A stretch of DNA of 64,000 nt from Antedon mediterranea (Eukaryota > Animalia > Echinodermata). The translations under genes were made by a program, and so were the position numbers. The notes under the pieces are model-generated. The model did no database searches and was not told the DNA's origin. It worked only from the letters and a program-made list of their open reading frames with translations. This document shows positions 26,401-38,400 of this stretch, one piece after another (position 1 is the stretch's first letter; each line of letters begins with the position of its first letter). The DNA lies in the NCBI RefSeq assembly GCF_964355755.1, contig NC_092672.1, positions 33,548,437 through 33,612,436 on the forward strand, written 5' to 3'.

Positions 26401-28416
26401 TGGATATTGTACCCATACATTCGTTCGTTTTATTTCACAATGCATCACACCTGATAAGAGGTATCAGAATAATTCAAAATATTAAATAAAAGATGCAAAG
26501 CCTGGAAAAGACCAAATAAGCAACATAGAGCTTTAAGCCTGGTTTCACTAATAACTAATAATAATAATTGTATCAAATAAGAATAAACAATACTTAAATC
26601 TTAATCTTAACTTAAAATCAGACAAGTAGTAGTAATAATATAAAAATATTTTTAAAATTGTTTTAAAATACACTATTACGTTACATGACAATACAAAAAC
26701 AACAAGAAGAAAAACGTAAATAGTATAATAATAATTTAATTAATGGGATCTGTAATGTGATAAAGCATGCATTGTATGTAACACTGAAGTGTGTATTAAC
26801 CGATGCAATGATGATTATTAATACGATTTAGTAATTATTTGCAATACAAAATAACTAATGATACTTAAGTGAAATGGTAATACGACAAAGGATTTGTATA
26901 CATCTAAGGCAGCGTCGTACGACGATGCCCGACAAGTTGTTTCGAGTAAAGACGTTTGTCGGGCCTCGTTGTACGACGCAGTCTGAGTTGGCCTTTAAAG
27001 CTTGGTTCCCACTTGCGACGCAACGTAACGCAACCTACGCAACATAAGCAACTGCCCTTCCAATAATTGTGTTTGCCCCCGCCTGCATGAAATCAAACCT
27101 GCGATTTTTGCAGCACTGTTGTCATCGGTTCCCACTTGTGATTACACAATACATCACGTTGCGTCAATACGTCGCTACGTTGCGTTCTAGTGGGAACCAC
27201 GCTTTAGCGACAGTGCTGCAAACATCACAGGTTTGATTTCAAGCAGGCGGGTCAAGCACAATTATTGGAAGGGCATTTGCTTATGTTGCATAGGTTGCAT
27301 TACGTTGCGTCGCTAGTTTTACGCGCGTGACAACACCAAACACACCACGCCCGTATTATTAGTTTAGATTAGATTATTAAGTCATATAGAATATTTCAAC
27401 ACCCATATCAAGTTGAATCCTCTGTTTCCACAGGTGCAATGACATTCGTTGTAATACCAGAGCTTTGGACTCAAGGCCCTAGACCTGTTGCAATGGCGTT
27501 TGCAGGACAATTTAACTGGTGGTCAAACTTCACTGTTGGACTTGCGTTTCCATTTATGTTGGTATGTTTATAATAAAGAAACATAGTGACAGGGACAACA
27601 TAAGATTTTTCTTGGTTTCCCACTTAGACGCAACTCATAACTAACTAACGACACAATAGGTCATCTGAACCGTCGTTTGTGATTAGTCAACTTACTTGAG
27701 TTGCGTCCAAGTTGAAATTTTAACCATTTTTGGTTACAATATATTTTAATATAATTATGTCCCATTTTCGAAAGCCGAATTCATGACTAACCTAATAACT
27801 GACTAACTATAAACTGTAATGGACACAGAAACAGTGCTTGTTGGGTCTGTATCTTTATTAAATAGTATTGGAAAGAAAAAAGTTAAAAAAAAGTTTGAAT
27901 ACCAAAAGAATGAATTTTTCACCATTAGATGTTAATGGTGAAAATGCACAATTGCTAGAATACAAATATGGAAATATATTGTAAGTGGAGCTGTAGCTTA
28001 GAGGTTAACGTGCTTGCATTCCAATCCCAAGGTCCCAGGTTCAATACTGACCTAGTGCCAGTGTTGTAACTAACCCTTTATACTACTCAACTTCCTAAGC
28101 CTTAAATGAGACTCGTTTATAAGCACGATAAATAGTTTATACATCCTGTAATTGGCGAGTTACTCGCTGTTGGATGAAATAAAACATAAAATAAATAATG
28201 TAAATAACTTGGCCTAATAAAGCTACTTGATATTCTATCTTGCAGGAAGGTATGGGCGGCTATTCTTTTCTAATCTTCACTCTGGTTTTAATCATAACCG
28301 TTCTCTTCACGTACTTCATCGTACCCGAGACGAAAAACAAAACGTTCACTGAAATTGTAACTAGTTTTCAACGTAACCGATTTACGTCTTCGGAAAGTTT
28401 TGAAATGGTCAACTAA
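17409..28416 (+). CDS. SLC2A: SLC2A/GLUT-family facilitated sugar transporter, tandem copy C (~538 aa)
   Basis: Exons: 17409-17465 (tentative first exon), 17794-17952, 20017-20177, 20688-20812, 21131-21246, 21439-21601, 22865-22918, 23478-23677, 24097-24207, 24647-24748, 25686-25755, 27434-27561, 28246-28416 (TAA). Motifs GSSLQYGYN, NES glycan site, [44 protein letters not shown]. Confidence 0.93.
18126..18641. mobile_element. TTAA-flanked MITE (Kolobok-like family)
   Basis: TTAA|AGATGTATTGTCCC...GGGACAATACAT; same family as 33683-34237 and 58452-59013. Confidence 0.8.
18736..19580. mobile_element. Non-autonomous foldback TIR element (Academ-like)
   Basis: Ends TAGCCTGGGTGCAG...CTGCACCCAGGCTA, long imperfect inverted arms (~200 bp), TAA duplicated on both sides. 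A one-armed copy (~46265-46623 plus 51224-51272) is the Gypsy insertion target. Confidence 0.8.
24770..25180. repeat. Clustered copies of a MITE family AGCTCTGTCTACACTATCAAAC...GTTTGATAGTGTAGACAGAGCT with internal CCAAATATGGTAGTGATATG repeats
   Basis: Three adjacent copies here; others at ~29545-29680, 35365-35546, 45160-45280, 45530-46046 and 54307-54470. Confidence 0.75.
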
Positions 28417-28458
28417 ACTAATATATTGGAGAAATGTCATCAGGTTTTACAATAAACA

Positions 28459-28664
28459 TAACAAAGATTTCTTTTTGTAACAACCAAATAATCGTAAGCG
28501 GACTTCGGAACGTTTCAAACCTGACAGTTTTTATTCTCAACTGGCGTTTCATCGTCTAGCGTTGTTTATCCTATGAGTTGAGTATGAAATCTGTCAGGTT
28601 TCGAAACGTTCTGTAACTTTGCTTATCATTTTTTTTGGTTGTTACAAAAAAGAAATCTTTGTTA
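28459..28664. repeat. ~205-bp foldback palindrome just downstream of the copy C stop codon
   Basis: TAACAAAGATTTCTTTTTGTAACAACCAAA...TTTGGTTGTTACAAAAAAGAAATCTTTGTTA, with an inner arm AAACCTGACAG / CTGTCAGGTTT. Confidence 0.8.
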
Positions 28665-29029
28665 AACTAATATAGTAAACTAATATTGGCTGAAATAATA
28701 GTATAGGTAGATGTTCGATAGTAATTATGGAACGTTATTAACTTAGAAAATAGGATCTACGAATAATATAATACATCTAAACCTTTTTTAGCAACGTTAA
28801 TTTGGACTGAAATATACAAAACCTCGTTACGTTAAGGTTACGACGGTGTTAATGACAATTGGATTTAATTTCGCCGTAGTGGCCAGTAATGGATACGGGG
28901 ACTGATGCTTCGATTACCCGACGCGACTTAAAATACCATGAAACAATATATCGTAACAAACTTTTTGCTTCTAGAAAAAAAATAAAATAGTTAATGCATG
29001 CATACAAAACTAGTACTATACTTTCATTA

Positions 29030-29365
29030 TTAAAGATGTAATGTCCTCCTGAAAAAATAATTATTGAACATTTTTTTGTTGAATATGCCATTTTAATGTT
29101 ACATAATAGTTATCCATTTTGACCAAAAATTGGATCAAAAAAATTATTTACCCGAAAAACTGTAATCTTAAGCCAAAAATTGTCAAATTGGCTGCCAGCC
29201 AATACATTTTTGGTTGAATTTAACCATTTAATTTGTCATTTTATGTGCAAACATTTTTTTTTCTATAGAATTGATTAACTTTATTAAAACTACAAAATAA
29301 CCTATTCAAATTTTAATTTAATTAAACTTAATTGTTCATGTTTTTGGAGGACAATACATCTTTAA
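29030..29365. mobile_element. Related TTAA-flanked MITE with a different interior
   Basis: TTAAAGATGTAATGTCCTCC...GGAGGACAATACATCTTTAA; interior fragments recur near 19815 and 44370. Confidence 0.7.
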
Positions 29366-31256
29366 AGTATGAACAAATTGTTTTCCTCGACAGAATAGGC
29401 CTATAGCTATTTAAATAAGTACTACTTTCATTTCATTGTTAACATCCGTTATAACAGCCTAATGAAAATGTGATATTTTCACAACCACCTATCATACATA
29501 GTTTTTAAATATAAGTAATGTAAGCCTAAGTGATGATTCTATTAAAGCTCTGTCAAAGAAAGTTTGATGTGGCCAAATATGGTAGTGATATGCCTAAATA
29601 TGGTACTGGTGGTAGTGGTATCATCATGTCCATATGTCTATTTTTGTCACATAAAGTTTGGTAGTGTAGAAAGAGCTTTAAATTAACTTCCAAACTATGA
29701 ATATACCATGATTGACCAATGTGATGACCAATTACCGGAACTACGTCATGTTAGTACATTGTGCGCATGCGGGGAAGTTGGAAGGCGCTTCTTCACTCCC
29801 AACTCCATTACTTGACACAGTTTTCTCTTGGTTTCTAAACTAACGACACATCGATTGACCTAAATAGGTTATTGTTCGTCGTAAACTTTGGAAGCTCACT
29901 TACACTACTATCATTAAAGTTTAATTACGAAAATTACTTTTGATTAGAGAGTTTCCGTACCAGTAAATGGTATAATAATAATATCCTGGATTTATATAGC
30001 GCCTCATGTTGTGAAACCTCTAAGCGCTGTACGTAAACTAATAAGATAAAAGGGAATTCCAACCATGCCAATAAAGAATTAAACCGAGTAAGTAAGCCTT
30101 CGTCACTAAAGCTTTGTTTCCACTAGAACGTAACTCAAGGACGTAAACGCAACGCAAGCGTTTTAACCAATGACAAGCGAAGTTATAGGCAGTTAGCAAT
30201 CACAAGCGAATAAGCCATCGCTTGTGATTGGTTAATTCACTTGGGTTGCGTTACGTCCTTGCGTTGCGTCGCTAGTGGGAACCACGCTTAACCAGGATCG
30301 GTCTAATTCAACTCCGGTCTTATAATAATATAATCATTTTATTAATTATATATTCTGTGCGTGCATATAAAGTATCCGAGAAATAGACTTTCCTCACTCG
30401 GATACTTCTACACAATAGTCAATTTAGATAAAGATTTCAGTTGTAAGAAGAAAAACGATAACGGATATTTACCACAAGATGAAAACAAGAATTATTTAAA
30501 AAGGTAATTCTCCCAATGTGTTCATGATTTTAATTATGAAAAAAAAAAATATTTTTTTATTTGAAAAGAAGTATAATGCAGTTAGAAAAAGTAAAGTTCT
30601 AATTTTTTTTTTTAAAGCGAAATGGAGAAGAATACTTTTAAATCTCTTATAACACGTTTTATTATTTTAAATGGCAAGCAGTGTTTATTGCTAATTCTGA
30701 GTGCCGTACGTATCCTGGTTTTAACGACGCAATTATTAAGATTATCTTTGCTGGGCCCTTTATTTATTCTTTAATACTATAATGCTGTACTTTATAACTT
30801 ATAAAAATAAATATGCTTTGTGAAATACGTTTGTTTTCTTCACACTTTGTACTCCACTGAATTTATCTAAATATTATTTAAAATTCAGGTAAACAATGTA
30901 TAGTTTTCTCTAAAAAATGATTAGCCAATTCACGGTAATACTGTATCTATAATGTGTTCAGTATCATAGACAAATTTTATAATACACGCCTAACCTAGCT
31001 CTAACATAAACATGATACAGGCGTCACAAGCAAATTCTGAAATACAGGGTCACATATGTATCACATGGTTCCTCTATCTTAGCCTATTATCGCTACATTA
31101 ACCTTTACGTGTCTTACTATAGCTACCAGCTTTATTGTACAATTAGTGACGTCAGTCAAAATGAACAAAATCTTGGCTAACTCTTAGGTAAATCTTTTCT
31201 ATACTAAAGCCTATTAATCATGTCATAATTCCACTTCAAAATTAAACGCTTTAAGA

Positions 31257-34200
31257 ATGCAAGAGAGTGTGGAACCAAGTAATGACTCTTTGGGTGAAAA
31301 CAAAAAGGTATTGTACAACATTATAATTATTTATATTTTTGTTTCTTATACTATTAATATTTCGATTGATAATTGTAAAAGTAATATTTCTATGATATTC
31401 AACTAAAATCCGGCTTTTTTGTTGTTTTGTGTTTTTTTGGTAGAAAGCAATTTTAAGTTACCATGTACAATGTAATGTCTTTTGGAAACTCAGCCTTTTT
31501 GGCTTATTTGAGATTCCACACAAAGACTTAACCAGGTTTTTTGTCTTGTTCTTTTTTTTTTTAATAACAATAACAACAATAAAAATATATGCTATAATAG
31601 TTTTCATAATGATTACCTTCAAGTAAATTGAATTTAATTATTTTAATTATAAAAATTTAATTTAATAATTCAATGATATTATCCAGATGATAGCGGATAA
31701 AACCACCTTGATTTGTGCTAAGGTTACTCTATGTAATTTAAAACACGGGCTTAAAATAACACTACTATTAGTAACAGTAGGCTTATATCTCAGTTATTAT
31801 TTAAGCCTATAAATTATACATACATTTGATACGTAATTTATCCACTAATCTTTATTTCATTTTGTTTAACTCTTAGTACGATCTACAGTTGTCAGTTCGC
31901 ACCTAGCTCATTAAGTTTTATTGTATTCATGTTATTAATGTTAAGAATATGTAATATCTGCTTTAACATTTACTTACAGGGTGATAAAATAACGTTATGC
32001 CTCTTTACATCAGCGCTTATAGCCGCATATGGTTCATCCATACAGTATGGTTATAATATTAGTGTCTTGACAGGACTATCAACTGTAAGTAATAGTACTA
32101 CTTGGTACTTGGTCTAATCATTCGTTTGAATCCACGCCCTTTCAATGAGTGCTAGTGGGGGAACCAATCGTTTGCAACGTTGGGCTGGGATTCTGGGAAT
32201 ATCTGGTGATAGATAGAGTGATATAGCGTAATTATAAAGAGCATTTGACTAGCACGTGAGAGGCATGGGTTAGACACTTATTATGACATAATTGCTTTTA
32301 TCCTTAAGTAACATAATTTGCCTTGTCCTTAGGATGGGACGTCTACCCAAAGAACTGATCTGATCATATAGTTAGACTTGCTCCAAGTCTGTATTATATG
32401 TGTTATGTTAGTCCACCAGTCGACGTTTCGATTTTTGTCTGAAAATACAGAAGTTTACAAGCTCAAGTAGTATACGTATGACGCCATATGTGCCAAAAAA
32501 TGTACCAGTCGACGTTTCCTGAAAATACAGGAGTTTACAAACTCAAGAAGTATACGTATGAAACGCCATAGGCCTATTATGTGCCAAAATATTTATCTTT
32601 TTACTAATACTCAAAGTCAAAACTCCGTCTAGAACCCAGACTACATTATAGTCATGTGCATTGACTCTCTGGGAGAACAGTCTCGTATAACTACGGAAAA
32701 GAAGTTACACAGCGCAGTGTATAATAAGAATAAATGTCTTTCTTTGATTTGCTTTTTTTCTTAAAAAGGTTTGTTTGTAAATAAGAAACCTATTGCTGGA
32801 CACAGAAAATGTTAATGAACTATCAATTCTTATTCATTAGTTTGTTCAAGATTTCTACAACGCATCCTACCATTCAAAAACCAATGAATACCTCTCTGAA
32901 AATCACATACGCTGGCTGTGGGCAATAACTGTAGCTGTGTTTTGTATAGGAGGCTCATGTGGTGCGCTAATAGCGACATATTTTACCAATATAGCTGGAA
33001 GGTATAATAAATAAAACTGATTCATGTAGGCGTATAAAAACATACTTTTACGTTATAATACAGTTATTGAAGGAGAACCCTTCATTTCTTATTTGTTTGT
33101 TTGCAGAAGAGGAACATTACTCATCAACACTGCTGTCACGTCGGTGGGTGCGCTGTTTATGTTTCTAAGCTTGTATGTAAATATTTATGAGATTCTAATT
33201 GTTGGACGATTTGTTATAGGAATCACAGCAGGTTAGTGCACTCTCACATAATAATGGTTATGAATTTGTAAAGCACGAAAAAGAAAGTTTTGAACCGATG
33301 TAAACAAAAAAGTAAATAGTAAAAGTAAAGGAAAAGGGAGAAAGTCGCTAATCAGGGTTCGAACTAATGAGCTGCGGTTAGCACCAGTTGCATCTAGGTT
33401 TTTTCTTCTCAGTAAAGCTATTGAAGCGAGAAGGCATGAATGACGACGAAACTGGTATATGCTAATAATGTATCAGGTACTGACTGTCATATGCAAATCA
33501 AGGTAGCTGAATAGGCCTACTGAATGTTTTAACAAAAATTAGGCTAGAATAAGCAGTGGATTTTCTGAAAACGCGCCATTTTCTAATTTGCTAGTCGAGA
33601 AGGAGCGTCAACCCAGCACCGTATTCGTTGTGGTTCGATTCCCTGATTTTTTTTCTTAAACCTAAGGTTAATTATTCTTATGTTAAAGATGTATTGTCCC
33701 TTTGACTAATTCCAAAAAAATAAAAAATAATAGATTTCGAAAAAAGATGGGTCATTTTGAAGTATCATAATAGTTATTAACTATCACCAAAAATTTTTCG
33801 AAAAAAAAAAAAATTAACTGAAATACAGACGTTTTTTTGTTAAAAAAATAACTTTGACTTCCAGTCAAAGTTTTCAATCAAAACATATCCCATAATGAAA
33901 CGCGCTTGTTTGGCTACTCTGTATGCATAATCATAAAACTTCCTCATGATCTGTGTGAAAATACCTTCTTAACCGTGACGAGTTGTAAACAATCCTAATT
34001 TAGCATATGCATAATGCGTACTCATGGTTTGAAATCTTTGTTTACTTTCGCTCGTGACGATTTTCCAGATGAAATGTAATCAAGCTAATTTACCTGTTAA
34101 TTACGTAAACTTGTTGTTTTTGGCTCAAATTTTCGACTTAAAGTGAATAACTTTAATATTACTTTGATATGGCCACTTTAAATTTAGAATATTTTGACCT

Positions 34201-35424
34201 TCATTTTTTTGTGTTTCAAGGGACAATACATCTTTAAAGAATTACAAGATAGGCGACCTATTTCCTAACTGAACCTAAACACACACAAAAATGATATGTC
34301 TATGTATTTCGAAAACTACCTTACCTAATTTCAAGCCATGAAATTGAATCTACGAAACATATACTCAAAAGGCTTAATCACCGACGTAATTGCAACTCAT
34401 TGATACGTAGCGTGTAATTGTGGACATATGATACGTATATCTATAAATAGTGTAATACATATATATATATATATGTGCGTACAACTGAGGACTATTTGTG
34501 TTCCAACCGTACCACGCCGAGAATGTTAAAGGGTCGTTATCCGATCGAGTTAAAGAACAATACCATGAAAGCCCCAGTGGTTTAATGGTTAGGGCAACTG
34601 CATATCAAGCAGACGGTCCGAGTTCGAGTCTCGGTTGGGGCGACTTTTTCTCATTCTCCCAGATTCCCTCATCTTTATCGTTTCAAAAATTAATTAAATA
34701 ATTTTCAGTGTATTACCGGGCGGTTTGGAATATTTCTATGCCTGTTATATACTTTTAGTTTATACATATCATTGTTTATTCTATAGGTAGTGTTACTGTA
34801 GCTGTTCCGCTATATCTGTCTGAAATATCACCTGTTAGATATCGAGGTGGTATTTCGGCATTCCATCAGCTTGGTGTCGCCTCTGGCATTTTACTTGGAG
34901 GGGTATGTCATTTTTTTCAGATAACACCTGTATGGAAATAGTTTGACGACTGGATCAATCCCACTTGTGGTAGAGTCTACACAGTAAATAAAAATAAATA
35001 AGCAGATATTGGTCGTGTTAAGAAGTATGTTAGTTTAATAAAAGTTTTATGTAGGTCTACACGGCAAGTATTATACACCGTGATTGCATGATTGCTGTAA
35101 AAGTTACGTAATGTTATATTTTAAGGTTTCTGGGTTATATCTATTTCGTTCTGAAGAAGCATGGCCATTCGCTCTCCTTTTGAATATGTTTATAAGCTGG
35201 ATTGGAGCTGCTGCGTTATATTTTTGCCCTGAGAGTCCAAGATGGTTATTATTAAACCAATTTAAATCAAGCAGACATTCTGGTAACGTATTATATCAAG
35301 GTCATAATGATCATTTATAATTAATAATGATAGAATCGTTGTCGTTGTCTATTTGTCCGAGACAACGTTCTGTCTACATAAACTTTATGTGTCAAAAAAT
35401 GTAATATGGACATGTTGATCAATA

Positions 35425-35499
<75 letters not shown>

Positions 35500-38400
35500 A
35501 TATTTGGGCACATCACATTAAACTAGTTTAATAGTGTAAACAGAGCTGTAGACTTTATGGAAGCGATAATCTTACTTTTATTATGTTGTCTGTTGTCTGT
35601 TTGTCCGAGACGAAGTATGGACTACTTTACACAGCGATTGGGAATCGTCTTTTATTCGTCTATTTGTCCGATACGACGTAGACTTTATGACAGTGAAAAT
35701 TGATAAAAAACAAATTTAAGACATCGATTTTATTGTACAGCAGCTCATTTATTAAAACCACTGTGGAATATTAAGGTTAATTGCTTCTAATTTTTCATAG
35801 ATGAGTTACAGCCACTTATTATAGATGACGCCATTATAAAAGAACCATCTAGAAAAGGTTTGTTTTTTAATGAAAATATTTCATCAATATTTTTCATCAA
35901 TAATTATTGGATTATATGCGATTTATACTGATAATAATTGCATTCCAAGTGAATTTCACTTCGTGAGCTATAAATAGAATCCTGCCACGTTAGAAATAAA
36001 TAAATAAATAAATACATTGAAAATGCATTTTTTTTTTCAAACTGATATAAGGTATAATCAGAGAAGTGTGAAATTATTCTTCTCTGGTATAATATTATTT
36101 TACTCAAGTTGTAAGTATATAGGCCTATAAAGAAAAAAATAGACGTTAGACCCATAGGAATCTAAAACTGCTTTACGATTGATACTAAACATTTTGAAGA
36201 AAATTGATCAATGTTTAGCATGTCAATTTCTTGTACGTACTTCAGTGATAATCACTAAGGTAAGTGTGTGTGGCGCAGTGTGTTGGACGTTTGATCATAA
36301 TATCATGGACCTATAAATTAGAAGGACTCACAACATAGTATGGCTCTTTGATCTAATTTATAGGTCCATGGTTGGATTACTGATAGTGACATCCTGGTTC
36401 GAATCCAACTCTCGCCGCATTGATTGTGTCCTTAGATGCTTTATCTACGTTTGCCTCTCTCCACCCAGGTGTATAAATGGGTACCCGGTTAGATCAATAC
36501 ACAACTTTGCGCTGGTTAGCTGCATTATGGGAGTATGTTTCCATACGTGTTTGATCAACAAAAACAATTACTGGAGTAATAATACGGATAAATAAATAAA
36601 TAAATTGATTCTTCTAGCTCTGTCTAAACTTCGAGGCACAGTCGACGTCGATGTCGAGCTCAATGAAATGTTGAGAGAGCGTGCTAAATTGGAGGACAGC
36701 AGTGACGGCGGCAATGTCAGCATATTAGACTTGATAAAGTTAAAGAATCCAGTCTGGAAATGGCCACTTATCATATCTATCGTCTTGATATCGAACCAAC
36801 AATTGTGTGGAATAAATGCTGTAAGTAATTGCTTATATTAAGGTAATCTAACAACTGGATACTGAGCTCCGAGGATCAAAGTGTTCATCTCTGTGACTGC
36901 GAAACGATGACCAGTTTAGTGTGACACGCCTTTGGTGTGAAAAATTACAGGATGCATCAATTTAAACAATTATGTTTATTTACCAGCTTTTTAAAAGTAA
37001 ATTAAAAAATAAATATTTATCACTGTACCAACAATAATTTTATATAGCATTAATTAAGGTAGCCTTTTATATCTTTTGTTTTCTCTTATCTCGGGGTCAT
37101 GGTGAGACAAGTTTTTTACTTCTAATCATGACCCCAATGATGGCATTCCTTTCTATTGTTTACCTTTTCTTGTTTTTGTATTGTATTGCTGTTTCTTATT
37201 GTTTATTATTCTTGTATTATTTTCCTTACCATTATTGAATAAATGTTATATTGATGTTATATTGAAAGAATGAACTTCCATTCTTTTCTGGGTATATCAA
37301 GATATAACCTACATTTTTTAAATATAAACATGAAGAAACACTAACTTATTTCTCCATGGTATGCCTAACATCATCAATGAACATTATTAGCAAGTACTAA
37401 CGTGATAATTGTAAACACGCCAGCCACGCAGCGCCTTATTAAAGTCCGTTTATTCTAAGACGATAACGATCGACAATAACTAGATAAATATGAATTTGTC
37501 TTACATAAAAACAATAGAAATTAGAAAAGTTTTCATGATAGAACTATAGGATAACCATTTGATACCTTTGATTAAAATAATATTTTAGTAAGAGCAGGCC
37601 TATTAATAACGTGACGATACACCGATTGCATTGTTATTAATGATCATTTGATTGGGTATTAGTAATATAAGTATATTATACAGTAATATGTAATATAAGT
37701 ATATTATACAGTAATATGTAATATAAGTATATTATACAGTAATATGTAATATAAGTATATTATACAGTAATATGTAATATAAGTATATTATACAGTAATA
37801 TGTAATATAAGTATATTATACAGTAATATGTAATATAAGTATATTATACAGTAATATGTAATATAAGTATATTATACAGTAATATGTAATATAAGTATAT
37901 TATACAGTAATATGTAATATATAATAATATAATATAGGCCTAATAACAGGATTTTTATAGCGCACATACCACTCAAGAGTGCTCAAGGCGCATTTAAAAA
38001 AATAAAAAACAAATCATACAAATGCCTGACAAATAAAATGCAATTTCTTTGGAGGGTCCCCATCCGTTCTCGTTCTGTCGCGGTCCCGGACCCCTACCTA
38101 GGGGTCTGTTTCTGCTGCATAACGCAATTTAACCAGTTATTTTAAAATAGATTAAAAATAGATAACAATAACAAGACCGCGTTTCTGCTCAATTTGTGCT
38201 CCGAAATAACCGGTTAAATCTATGGGTGGTCGTCGAGCAAAACGTCATCATTACCCAAAATGCAATACACTCAGACGGAAGTAGTAAGTTGGCTGTTTGT
38301 TTACATCGACGTCGTCAACGTCAATACACACGTAGTGTGTATATCGCCGAACATCTCAAACATGTTAAAATAATAAAATGTTGTCTACAGGTCTACAAGT

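Noticed and set aside
30360-30503. TATA-like CATATATAAAG followed by a possible exon ending AAG|GTAATT upstream of copy D
   Set aside because: The ATG at 30479 hits a stop after 6 codons. It may be a non-coding first exon but cannot be supported without transcripts.
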